This document shows positions 1-8,416 of a DNA stretch of 23,165 nucleotides, piece by piece. Each line of letters starts with the position of its first letter. Position 1 is the stretch's first letter. The notes under the pieces are model-generated. The model was not told where the DNA came from, did no database searches, and saw only the letters and a program-made list of their open reading frames with translations. Made by a program: the position numbers and the translations under genes. This DNA is from a virus (taxonomy: Duplodnaviria; Heunggongvirae; Uroviricota; Caudoviricetes): the IMG/VR virus record IMGVR_UViG_2585427789_000019. One strand, written 5' to 3'.

Positions 1-275
1 CAGCGTTTCCGCCATTTCTTCCTGAAGTGCGCTGATTCGCTCCTGTGCTTCCTGTATCTGCCGTTCGGTTTTAGCGCGAAGTTTTTCTGAGCTTTTACCG
101 AACTGCATGCGCTGCAGTTTCGCAACCAGCGCCTTCAGCCGGTTGATTTCGGAAGCATAAGCCGCCACCCGCTGTGAGAGCAGGCGGTTGTATTTCGCCA
201 TCTGGCGGATGGTGTCCTGTTGCGTCTGCAACAGTGCCCGCAGGCGGGCATTCTCATGAGCAAGTGAGGTGTCCA
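1..275 (-). CDS. tnpC: IS66-family transposase TnpC, N-terminal portion only (gene runs off window edge)
   Basis: Minus-strand translation from the ATG at 275..273 gives MDTSLAHENARLRALLQTQQDTIRQMAKYNRLLSQRVAAYASEINRLKALVAKLQRMQFGKSSEKLRAKTERQIQEAQE..., the leucine-zipper N-terminus typical of IS66 transposases; the frame is open to position 1. Confidence 0.75.
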
Positions 276-295
276 TATCCTCACTTTACAACGGG

Positions 296-643
296 TTATA
301 TGCGGATGCCAGCGCGTTCCGTTCGTTTCGGGTGCTTCCAGTCGATGCCTTCGAGAAGCATGGACAACTGAGCCGGAGTAAGGTGAACCTTTCCATCGCG
401 GGTGACCGGCCAGACGAAGCGGCCCCGCTCCAGGCGTTTGGTGAAGAGGCACAGTCCGTCACTGTCAGCCCACAGCACTTTTATCTGGTCACCCCGGCGT
501 CCGCGGAAGATGAACAGATGCCCGGAGAACGGGTCATCCTTCAGGACGTTCTGAACTTTTGAGGCCAGGCCGTTAAAGCCATTTCGCATATCGGTGATAC
601 CGGCAACCAGCCAGATACGCGAACCGGCAGGGAGAGATATCAT
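296..643 (-). CDS. tnpB: IS66-family TnpB (Orf2) accessory protein
   Basis: 115 aa (MISLPAGSRIWLVAGITDMRNGFNGLASKVQ...), the characteristic size and sequence of IS66 Orf2; its start overlaps the tnpA stop (ATGA). Confidence 0.8.
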   Translation of the reverse strand: MISLPAGSRIWLVAGITDMRNGFNGLASKVQNVLKDDPFSGHLFIFRGRRGDQIKVLWADSDGLCLFTKRLERGRFVWPVTRDGKVHLTPAQLSMLLEGIDWKHPKRTERAGIRI

Positions 644-1293
644 CAGTGGCTGCTCCCTTTCATTTCGCGGATAAGTGTCTGTAATAACGCCGGTGTCAGT
701 TCACCTTTCAGCCTGAGAGTTCCGGCCGGCAGAACCAGCTCGCAGCACAGACTGTCTGGCAGTGTATTTATCTGTTCAGGTATCTGCACTGGTGCCGGGA
801 TTTTATTATCCGGCTCCGGAGTTAACGTCACGGGAAGTAGCGATGTTTCATGTTCGCCGGGCGGTTGCAGGCCACCGTTACGCCAGAGATGCCGCCAGTT
901 AAAGAGCAGGTTATCGTTAATTCCATTCTCTCGAGCTATTTGTGCGACACAGGCACCGGGTAAAAGAGTTTGCTGAACCAGTCTCCATTTAAACTCCGGT
1001 GAAAATCGGTTCCGGCGGGGTTTCTCTGCTTTCACAGGCTGAGTCACGGTCGGGGCTGAAGGGTATCGCCCCGGGAAAAGAGCCCGGGCCAGTTGCCCGC
1101 AGGAATATTCACCGGAAAGAGGCCAGTCAGTGAATACCTGGTGAAATCGCCTCACCAGAGAAAAAATGGCGGTTTTGCTGACACCAGTCTGCGCAGAAAT
1201 GCGCGGGTACGACAGTGACTCGTCAAATCTCAGCTGTAGCACACGCAGGATCAATTCTGGATTATCTGCCAGTACCGCTTTTCGTGCATTCAT
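643..1293 (-). CDS. tnpA: IS66-family TnpA (helix-turn-helix accessory protein); true start may be internal
   Basis: 216-aa ORF with an IS3/IS66-type HTH segment (RFSPEFKWRLVQQTLLPGACVAQIARENGINDNLLFNWRHL) directly upstream of and coupled to tnpB. Confidence 0.65.
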   Translation of the reverse strand: MNARKAVLADNPELILRVLQLRFDESLSYPRISAQTGVSKTAIFSLVRRFHQVFTDWPLSGEYSCGQLARALFPGRYPSAPTVTQPVKAEKPRRNRFSPEFKWRLVQQTLLPGACVAQIARENGINDNLLFNWRHLWRNGGLQPPGEHETSLLPVTLTPEPDNKIPAPVQIPEQINTLPDSLCCELVLPAGTLRLKGELTPALLQTLIREMKGSSH

Positions 1294-1379
1294 CTTAAAT
1301 GTCCTTTTACTGCGAAAATGGACATTAGTATCGGAAACAGGAAAGGGAGGCGAAAGACGGTTTAAATGATGCGCTTACC

Positions 1380-2251
1380 ATCTTCCTGACCGCAGGCGTT
1401 GATGTTCCATCTGCTCGCTTAGCCGCCTTGGTATGTACAAACACCCATTTGTGATGCTTGCCTATTTGATCACGCAACACTTTACAGGCGGTATCGTTCA
1501 GCGCCACACCAATGGCGCGGTTTGATTTGCTCTCTTCTGGATTCACCCAGGCAACTCGTCGCTGCATGTCGATTTGTTGCCATTCCAGATTTATGATGTT
1601 CGACTTTCTCAGACCAGTTGCCAGCGCAAACTTGACGACAGATTTCAGTGGTTCGGGGCACTCATCAATAAGGCGTTTTGCTTCCTCCTTTTCCAGCCAT
1701 CTGACTCGCTTGTTTCTGACCGCTGGTATCTTGATGACAGGCGCTTTTTCCAGCCACTTCCAGTCGCGTTCTGCAGCACGGAGAATGGCCTTTCTCATGG
1801 CAAGATGCTTTGCCTTTGTCTGAGTTGGTACTGGCTTTGGTTCATAAACAGGCAGTTCTTTACCTTTCCTGATGGCGGCCTGAACTTTCTGTTTCCATAT
1901 TTCTTTCGTCTTTCTGTTATGCATTCTGCTTACAGCAGAGTAAATCTTTGCCTCCGAGATATCTTTAAGCCTTATACCCTCAAAATGTTCAAGCCAGAAC
2001 TCAATCCGGCTTTTATCTGAATCGAGAGATTTTTTATCAGCTTTTTCCTCAAGCCATCTTAGGCAGGCCTCTTCAAAAGTGACATCAGGTAAATCCCCTA
2101 GCTTTTCTACTCGCCAGAGTTCTGCTTTTCGCTTGTCGTGCAACTCCTGAGCTTGCCGCTTGTCCTTTGTGCCAAGAGATTCCTTAATTCGTTTCCCGCC
2201 CGGGAGCGAATACGAGGCATACCATATTTCATTTCTGCGGAAGAGTGACAT
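1380..2251 (-). pseudogene. intD: Lambdoid prophage tyrosine integrase, 3' end truncated by IS66-family insertion
   Basis: N-terminal about 290 codons read as a phage integrase ([46 protein letters not shown]...) including the box I arginine region ([18 protein letters not shown]). The C-terminal catalytic box II (H-x-x-R ... Y) is absent; beyond about codon 291 the frame reads IS-derived sequence. Confidence 0.8.
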
Positions 2252-2478
2252 TTTCTTTCCTCTGTTATGCCATCACCCGCGCTCACCTGGACAGTATGCA
2301 GCGGAGACTGAAGCGCCGCAATGCAGGCTTGCCGTGTTGTGAGGTAAGGAGATTTTGGCTTGGTTGGATCTTTACGTGTTGCCTGTAGGCGGCCTGTTCG
2401 TATCCAGTTGGTGGCGGTTGGTCTGGATATCTTAAGAAACTGACAGGCCTCATCGAGTGTGAGGCTGTATGATTCCAT
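2107..2478 (-). CDS. xis: Excisionase (AlpA/Xis-type HTH), 3' end overlapping the integrase start
   Basis: ATG at 2478 with upstream aggtaa; [57 protein letters not shown]... contains an excisionase-type HTH. The 123-codon length and long overlap with int are unusual, so the 3' end is uncertain. Confidence 0.55.
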   Translation of the reverse strand: MESYSLTLDEACQFLKISRPTATNWIRTGRLQATRKDPTKPKSPYLTTRQACIAALQSPLHTVQVSAGDGITEERKCHSSAEMKYGMPRIRSRAGNELRNLLAQRTSGKLRSCTTSEKQNSGE

Positions 2479-2728
2479 GGTTACCTCTGCTTTTTGAACG
2501 CATGTCACGTAACTTCTTAATGTGTTCTGCCGTTTCGATCTCTTCTGCTATCCGATCTGCATCAGCTTTATTCACAGGTTCAAAGTCATGATTAAAGCGG
2601 AACATGCTGGCGATACATGTTCTGCCTTTTCGGATGTAGTGAACTTTGTTGTGGGTAGAACGCAGGATTTTGCAGGGAGTGCCGTGGTGGTCGACGTACC
2701 AGGTGTTAGGCAAAATGATTCTGAACAT
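2450..2728 (-). CDS. Hypothetical prophage early-left protein (92 aa)
   Basis: ATG at 2728 preceded by a GAGGTG Shine-Dalgarno; same orientation as the xis/int operon; no family recognised. Confidence 0.5.
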   Translation of the reverse strand: MFRIILPNTWYVDHHGTPCKILRSTHNKVHYIRKGRTCIASMFRFNHDFEPVNKADADRIAEEIETAEHIKKLRDMRSKSRGNHGIIQPHTR

Positions 2729-2775
2729 TTTTACACCTCAGTTGGACGATGTTGAAATTTGCTGCTTTGAGGCCA

Positions 2776-2994
2776 TCACAATCCCCATTGTTTGTTCTTA
2801 AGTTCGATCTCCTCCTGGCAGCTTGCACAAGTCCGACAACCCTGAACGGCCAGGCGTCTTCGTTCATCTATGGGATCGCCACACTCACAACAATGAGTGG
2901 CAGATATAACCTGGTGGTTCAGACGACGCATTTTTATTGCTGTATTGCGCTGTAATTCTTCGATTTCTGATGCTGAATCAATGATGTCTGCCAT
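2776..2994 (-). CDS. TraR/DksA-family C4 zinc-finger protein (72 aa)
   Basis: MADIIDSASEIEELQRNTAIKMRRLNHQVISATHCCECGDPIDERRRLAVQGCRTCASCQEEIE... has paired CxxC motifs and an acidic N-terminal helix as in phage TraR-like proteins. Confidence 0.6.
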   Translation of the reverse strand: MADIIDSASEIEELQRNTAIKMRRLNHQVISATHCCECGDPIDERRRLAVQGCRTCASCQEEIELKNKQWGL

Positions 2995-3043
2995 CTTCCA
3001 TTAATCCCTGAATTGTTGGTTAATACGCTTGAGGGTGAATGCG

Positions 3044-3070
3044 AATAATAAAAAAGGAGCCTGTAGCTCC
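3044..3070 (-). terminator. Candidate intrinsic terminator inside the early-left operon
   Basis: On the minus strand, stem ggagc/gctcc (3056..3070, loop ctgta) is followed by a U-run (complement of aataataaaaaa at 3044..3055), between the 71-aa ORF and the TraR-like gene. Confidence 0.4.
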
Positions 3071-3092
3071 CTGATGATTTTGCTTTTCATGT

Positions 3093-3308
3093 TCATCGCT
3101 CCTTAAAGACGCCGTTTAACATGCCGATCGCCAGGCTTAAATGAGTCGGTGTGAATCCCATCAGCGTTACCGTTTCGCGGTGCTTCTTCAGTACGCTACG
3201 GCAAATGTCATCGACGTTTTTATCCGGAAACTGCTGTCTGGCTTTTTTGATTTCAGAATTAGCCTGACGGGCTATGCTGCGAAGGGCGTTTTCCTGCTGA
3301 GGTGTCAT
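3093..3308 (-). CDS. Hypothetical protein (71 aa from ATG at 3308; the six-frame track extends it to a TTG at 3407)
   Basis: MTPQQENALRSIARQANSEIKKARQQFPDKNVDDICRSVLKKHRETVTLMGFTPTHLSLAIGMLNGVFKER; its ATG overlaps the stop of the upstream 27-codon ORF (ATGA). Confidence 0.45.
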   Translation of the reverse strand: MTPQQENALRSIARQANSEIKKARQQFPDKNVDDICRSVLKKHRETVTLMGFTPTHLSLAIGMLNGVFKER

Positions 3309-3388
3309 TGAACAAGTCCCATGTCGGCAAGCATAAGCACACAGAATATGAAGCCCGCTGCCAGAAAAATGCATTCCGTGGTTGTCAT
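3305..3388 (-). CDS. Candidate small hydrophobic peptide (27 aa), coupled between the methyltransferase remnant and the 71-aa ORF
   Basis: Minus strand atgacaaccacggaatgcatttttctggcagcgggcttcatattctgtgtgcttatgcttgccgacatgggacttgttcaatga translates to MTTTECIFLAAGFIFCVLMLADMGLVQ; ATGA overlaps at both ends. No Shine-Dalgarno of its own, so this is speculative. Confidence 0.3.
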   Translation of the reverse strand: MTTTECIFLAAGFIFCVLMLADMGLVQ

Positions 3389-3750
3389 GCAGCCTCCCGA
3401 CGGGCAAGAATCCTTGAGCCGAACGCCATCAACTCTCCACGATCAACGGTCGTAAAGTGGCAGTGTGTACGGGGGTATGGGTGCCAGATAATGAGCATCG
3501 AGCCTTTATTATTTCCACTGACGTGTTTCCCGGTGAGTGGGTTAATAAATGCCAGTCGTCCTGCCGTGATGAATCTGACCTCACTGGCGGTTTGTATCGC
3601 TTCATGAAACCATCCGACAGATGTGTCAGCAGGTAATAACATTACACATCCCACACTGCTGAATTTGTTTTCAGTGGCTGCCTTTTTCACAAAAGGGGAA
3701 ATATTGCTGTATGGTGGATTCAACCAGACATAACCAGAGGCATATCCCAT
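3385..3750 (-). CDS. Phage Dam-type N6-adenine DNA methyltransferase, N-terminally truncated remnant
   Basis: WLNPPYS (N6-adenine MTase motif IV) lies at residues 9 to 15, followed by VMLLPADTSVGWFHEAI and VRFITAGRLAFINP as in the phage Dam family; the expected N-terminal SAM-binding region is missing and there is no Shine-Dalgarno before the ATG at 3750. Confidence 0.55.
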   Translation of the reverse strand: MGYASGYVWLNPPYSNISPFVKKAATENKFSSVGCVMLLPADTSVGWFHEAIQTASEVRFITAGRLAFINPLTGKHVSGNNKGSMLIIWHPYPRTHCHFTTVDRGELMAFGSRILARREAA

Positions 3751-3997
3751 TGCTTACTGGTTGGTTACCAACTTGTACCAGAACATGCGGGCCAATGCGC
3801 TGACTGACGCGGAATTACGGCGCAAGGCTGCCGATGAACTGTCCTGTATGACCGCGCGAATTAACCGTGGTGAGGCGATACCTGAACCAGTAAAACAACT
3901 TCCTGTCATGGGCGGTAGACCTCTAAATCGTGCACAGGCTCTGGCGAAGATCGCAGAAATCAAAGCTAAGTTCGGACTGAAAGGATCAAGTGTATGA
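3751..3997 (+). pseudogene. peaD: Replication protein P, C-terminal fragment
   Basis: Frame reads ...LVTNLYQNMRANALTDAELRRKAADELSCMTARINRGEAIPEPVKQLPVMGGRPLNRAQALAKIAEIKAKFGLKGSSV, matching the C-terminus of lambda P as I recall it; no N-terminal part and no ATG start; stop overlaps the ren ATG as in lambda. Confidence 0.75.
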
Positions 3998-4296
3998 CGG
4001 GCAAAGAGGCAATTATTCATTACCTGGGGACGCATAAGAGCTTCTGTGCACAGGACGTTGCCGCGGTAACAGGTGCAACCGTAACCAGCATAAATCAGGC
4101 TGCGGCTAAAATGGCGCGGGCAGGAATCCTGGTCGTTGATGGTAAGGTCTGGCGAACGGTGTATTACCGGTTCGCTACCAGAGAAGAACGGGAAGGAAAG
4201 GTGAGCACGAATCTGATTTTTAAGGAGTGTCGCCAGAGTGCCGCGATGAAACGGGTACTGAGGGTATATAAAAGAACATCAATGGGAACACAATGA
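3994..4296 (+). CDS. renD: Ren-like protein
   Basis: MTGKEAIIHYLGTHKSFCAQDVAAVTGATVTSINQAAAKMARAGILVVDGKVWRTVYYRFATREEREGK... matches lambda Ren; ATG at 3994 overlaps the P stop (ATGA). Confidence 0.8.
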   Translation: MTGKEAIIHYLGTHKSFCAQDVAAVTGATVTSINQAAAKMARAGILVVDGKVWRTVYYRFATREEREGKVSTNLIFKECRQSAAMKRVLRVYKRTSMGTQ

Positions 4297-4363
4297 TGAA
4301 ACAGGTGAGTTGAGTTCAAACTGTAGTACAATTCTCTCCCGTTTGAACAGGAAAGAATATGCT

Positions 4364-4696
4364 ATGAACCCTTATATTTATCTTGGTGGTGCAATACTTG
4401 CAGAGGTCATTGGTACAACCTTAATGAAGTTTTCAGAAGGTTTTACACGGTTATGGCCATCTGTTGGTACAATTATTTGTTATTGTGCATCATTCTGGTT
4501 ATTAGCTCAGACGCTGGCTTATATTCCTACAGGGATTGCTTATGGTATCTGGTCAGGAGTCGGTATTGTCCTGATTAGCTTACTGTCATGGGGATTTTTC
4601 GGCCAACGGCTGGACCTGCCAGCCATTATAGGCATGATGTTGATTTGTGCCGGTGTGTTGGTTATTAATTTATTGTCACGAAGCACACCACATTAA
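4364..4696 (+). CDS. emrE: Small multidrug resistance (SMR) efflux transporter EmrE
   Basis: 110 aa from the ATG at 4364 (aggaaag Shine-Dalgarno upstream): MNPYIYLGGAILAEVIGTTLMKFSEGFTRLWPSVGTIICYCASFWLLAQTLAYIPTGIAYGIWSGVGIVLISLLSWGFFGQRLDLPAIIGMMLICAGVLVINLLSRSTPH, four TM helices including the conserved membrane Glu. Confidence 0.9.
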   Translation: MNPYIYLGGAILAEVIGTTLMKFSEGFTRLWPSVGTIICYCASFWLLAQTLAYIPTGIAYGIWSGVGIVLISLLSWGFFGQRLDLPAIIGMMLICAGVLVINLLSRSTPH

Positions 4697-4726
4697 AATA
4701 ATTTGTTTCTAAACGACTAAAATATG

Positions 4727-4769
4727 GAGGCTCTTATATTTATATGAGCCTCGTTTTATGCTTTTTGTT
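4727..4769 (+). terminator. Intrinsic terminator downstream of emrE
   Basis: Stem gaggctc (4728..4734) / gagcctc (4746..4752) with an AT loop, followed by gttttatgctttttgtt. Confidence 0.55.
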
Positions 4770-4950
4770 AATGTCTTTATTTTTTATGTATTCTTTTGTG
4801 CTTTCAAGATTATGGCGTAAGAAAATTGCAATACGATTATTGTTGTATATTCAAGATAATGTGACCTTAATTGTCTTTTTAAATAAAAATTAAACAAAAA
4901 TTATATCCCACCACTAAGGTTTATAAAAGCATACGTTAGCAGGTGTCACC

Positions 4951-6477
4951 ATGAAAAAAGCCATAGCATATATGCGATTTTCATCACCAGGTCAGATGTC
5001 TGGCGACTCATTAAACCGACAGAGAAGACTTATTGCTGAATGATTAAAGGTAAATAGTGATTATTATCTTGATACCATAACATATGAAGATTTAGGATTA
5101 AGTGCATTCAAAGGAAAGCATGCACAATCAGGAGCTTTTTCGGAATTTTTAGATGCTATAGAGCATGGTTATATATTGCCAGGAACTACATTGTTAGTTG
5201 AAAGTCTGGACAGACTTTCAAGAGAAAAAGTCGGTGAAGCGATTGAACGTCTGAAATTGATTTTGAATCACAGTATTGATGTTATAACTCTTTGCGACAA
5301 TACAGTCTATAATATTGACTCTTTGAATGAGCCATATTCATTAATAAAAGCCATACTTATAGCACAAAGGGCAAATGAAGAAAGCGAGATAAAGTCAAGT
5401 CGGGTTAAATTATCATGGAAGAAAAAACGGCAGGATGCACTGGAATCAGGTACGATTATGACGGCGTCTTGTCCGAGATGGCTCTCCTTAGATGACAAAA
5501 GAACGGCTTTTGTTCCAGACCCCGACAGGGTGAAAACTATTGAGCTAATTTTTAAACTCAGGATGGAAAGGCGCTCATTGAATGCAATAGCCAAGTATTT
5601 AAATGATCATGCTGTAAAGAATTTCTCAGGAAAAGAAAGTGCATGGGGACCTTCTGTAATTGAAAAATTATTAGCGAATAAAGCTCTGATAGGTATATGC
5701 GTACCTTCATATCGTGCAAGAGGGAAAGGGATAAGTGAAATCGCTGGCTATTATCCCAGAGTCATATCAGATGATTTGTTTTACGCTGTACAGGAAATTC
5801 GGTTGGCACCTTTTGGTATTAGCAATAGTAGCAAGAATCCTATGCTAATAAATCTACTTCGAACAGTTATGAAGTGTGAGGCTTGTGGTAATACCATGAT
5901 TGTTCATGCGGTATCTGGAAGTTTGCATGGCTATTATGTTTGTCCGATGAGAAGATTACATCGATGTGACAGGCCATCAATAAAAAGAGATTTGGTTGAT
6001 TATAATATCATTAATGAATTGCTTTTTAATTGTAGCAAAATTCAACCAGTTGAAAACAAGAAAGATGCTAATGAAACTTTAGAGTTAAAAATTATTGAGC
6101 TTCAGATGAAAATTAATAATTTAATCGTTGCATTGTCTGTCGCGCCTGAAGTTACCGCTATAGCAGAGAAAATAAGACTATTAGATAAGGAATTACGAAG
6201 GGCTTCGGTATCATTGAAAACTTTGAAGAGTAAAGGTGTAAATTCATTCAGTGATTTTTATGCTATTGACTTAACCAGTAAAAATGGACGAGAGTTATGC
6301 CGTACACTTGCCTATAAAACATTCGAAAAAATCATAATTAATACGGATAATAAAACCTGTGATATCTATTTTATGAATGGCATTGTTTTTAAACACTATC
6401 CTTTAATGAAAGTAATATCCGCCCAGCAGGCGATAAGTGCTCTCAAATATATGGTTGATGGTGAGATTTATTTCTAA
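4951..6477 (+). pseudogene. ybcK: Serine recombinase YbcK-like, interrupted by an in-frame TGA at codon 31 (5041..5043)
   Basis: ATG at 4951 with aggtg Shine-Dalgarno gives MKKAIAYMRFSSPGQMSGDSLNRQRRLIAE, then TGA, then the same frame continues LKVNSDYYLDTITYEDLGLSAFKGKHAQSGAFSEFLDAIEHGYILPGTTLLVESLDRLSREK... to 6477 (508 codons if read through). The N-terminal piece carries the resolvase-type catalytic serine motif (YMRFSS..Q). Confidence 0.75.
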
Positions 6478-6858
6478 ATAATGATCTCGGATTTTAAGTT
6501 ATGCTATGGTGATAAAGTGCAAGACAGAATTAATTATCTTTGACGAAACTTAATGGGTAATTACTTTGTTTGCTCCCACAAGCGAGTTTTGTACGGCTGT
6601 ATTGGGGTAGTAAATGAGCTATACAATCTTAATCATTTGTTAGGTGAGAACTCTTGGTCGCAGATTCAAATACTGAAAATACGTGACAAATTATTATGAG
6701 CAAAATGGTGTATGTCACGTATTTTGAATGGTAGGTTAAAAAATAACACCGACTTTCGTAGGTATTACTAATAATAAAGCAGAGTTTTTAGATAGTATCA
6801 ATGTGCTTTGTGTATATTGTGGCAAATAATTGGGTTGGGGGTACAATTGTGATTGCTT

Positions 6859-6888
6859 TTGCATGAACATTGCGCCTTTATGCATAAT
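6859..6888 (+). promoter_or_regulatory. Candidate sigma70 promoter for ybcL
   Basis: TTGCAT (6859..6864), 18-bp spacer, CATAAT (6883..6888) preceded by TG, about 55 bp upstream of the ybcL ATG; pattern match only. Confidence 0.3.
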
Positions 6889-6941
6889 GAGATAAAGGAA
6901 TATCAAATAAAATAACGATAGGTCATAACAAAGAGGTTTTT

Positions 6942-7493
6942 ATGAAAACACTTATCGTTTCAACTGTATTGGCATTCATAACATTTTCTGCGCAGGCTGC
7001 AGCATTTCAGGTCACTAGTAATGAAATAAAAACAGGAGAGCAACTTACAACGTCTCATGTCTTTTCTGGATTTGGGTGTGAAGGTGGTAATACATCGCCC
7101 TCATTAACCTGGTCTGGTGTTCCTGAAGGTACCAAAAGCTTTGCCGTAACTGTATATGATCCAGATGCACCTACAGGCAGTGGTTGGTGGCATTGGACTG
7201 TTGTTAATATTCCAGCAACAGTAACATATTTGCCCGTTGATGCAGGGAGACGTGATGGAACAAAACTGCCGACTGGTGCTGTTCAAGGCCGAAATGATTT
7301 TGGCTATGCTGGGTTTGGTGGCGCATGTCCTCCTAAAGGAGATAAACCACATCATTACCAGTTTAAAGTATGGGCTCTAAAAACTGAAAAGATTCCTGTA
7401 GATTCTAACTCCAGCGGAGCGTTAGTTGGTTATATGCTTAATGCTAATAAAATCGCAACCGCTGAGATAACACCAGTTTATGAGATAAAGTAG
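6942..7493 (+). CDS. ybcL: Secreted PEBP/RKIP-family (UPF0098) protein YbcL
   Basis: 183 aa with an N-terminal signal peptide (MKTLIVSTVLAFITFSAQA) and PEBP-like motifs (DPDAP, HHY); aagagg Shine-Dalgarno before the ATG at 6942. Confidence 0.9.
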   Translation: MKTLIVSTVLAFITFSAQAAAFQVTSNEIKTGEQLTTSHVFSGFGCEGGNTSPSLTWSGVPEGTKSFAVTVYDPDAPTGSGWWHWTVVNIPATVTYLPVDAGRRDGTKLPTGAVQGRNDFGYAGFGGACPPKGDKPHHYQFKVWALKTEKIPVDSNSSGALVGYMLNANKIATAEITPVYEIK

Positions 7494-7502
7494 GGTGAGA
7501 GT

Positions 7503-8300
7503 ATGCTGGCAAGAGGTAAGACTAACTTAAAGATCGAAGAAATACGGATGCATAAACATCATGAGATTCATAGGGTTAAGCCTCTTATGCCAGCTTTGTG
7601 TCGTATCCGTCAGGGAAAGAAAGTTATCAATTGGGAGACGCATACTTTAACTGTTGATAATAATCAAATAATATTATTTCCTTGTGGTTATGAATTTTAT
7701 ATTGAGAATTATCCTGAAGCAGGGCTTTATCTTGCAGAAATGCTTTACTTACCCATTGATTTAATTGAGAGTTTCCAAAAACTTTATACGGTAACTGATC
7801 AAATACGTAACAAAACAAGTTTCTTTTTACCTCAGAATCCTGAGTTAATATATTGTTGGGAGCAACTAAAAACATCTGTTTCCCGAGGCTTCTCAACTAA
7901 AATTCAGGAGCACTTAGCAATGGGCGTTCTACTTTCGTTAGGAGTGAATCATGTTAATCATTTACTTTTATCATATAGTAAACAATCATTGATAAGTCGT
8001 TGTTATAACCTGCTGCTATCCGAACCCGGCACAAAATGGACAGCAAACAAGGTTGCTCGATATCTCTACATTTCTGTTTCTACATTACATCGCCGTCTAG
8101 CAAGCGAGGGGGTAAGTTTCCAAAGTATACTGGACGATGTGAGGTTAAATAATGCGTTGTCTGCTATACAAACGACGGTAAAACCTATAAGCGAGATTGC
8201 CAGAGAAAATGGTTATAAGTGTCCTTCTCGTTTTACTGAAAGATTTCATAATCGTTTTAATATAACACCAAGAGAGATAAGAAAAGCTTCCAGAGAGTAA
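7503..8300 (+). CDS. ybcM: AraC/XylS-family transcriptional regulator YbcM
   Basis: 265 aa with a C-terminal AraC-type HTH ([45 protein letters not shown]...[31 protein letters not shown]). Confidence 0.85.
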
Positions 8301-8416
8301 AAGTGTTTTAAGAAGGAGCAATTCTATCGATTTTGATTTTGGGAAATCAACACGGCATAATTATGTCACCGGAGCCTGAACAACTCCGGTGACTTCTGCG
8401 CTAAACGGGGACGTTT

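Larger units (their letters stand above)
1..1379 (-). mobile_element. IS66-family insertion sequence, partial (continues beyond window start), inserted into the prophage integrase gene
   Basis: Three minus-strand ORFs in IS66 order (tnpA 643..1293, tnpB 296..643, N-terminus of tnpC 1..275); integrase homology stops abruptly at about 1380, where the sequence reads ggtaagcgcatcatttaaac on the IS strand, consistent with a GTAAGCG-type IS66 terminus. Exact end is inferred. Confidence 0.7.

Noticed and set aside
135-562. ORFs 135..452 (minus) and 174..371 and 269..562 (plus) inside the IS element
   Set aside because: They overlap the tnpB and tnpC frames, which have clear family resemblance; these are alternative-frame artefacts.
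1512-2020. Plus-strand ORFs 1512..1823 and 1574..2020 inside the integrase region
   Set aside because: Antisense to the integrase frame, Cys/Phe-rich nonsense translations.
3754-4035. 93-codon minus-strand ORF overlapping the P fragment and ren
   Set aside because: The plus-strand frames match lambda P and Ren; the minus-strand product is low-complexity.
5041-5043. Possibility that the in-frame TGA in ybcK encodes selenocysteine
   Set aside because: I see no SECIS-like hairpin immediately downstream (the following sequence is AT-rich and unstructured); a nonsense mutation is the simpler reading.
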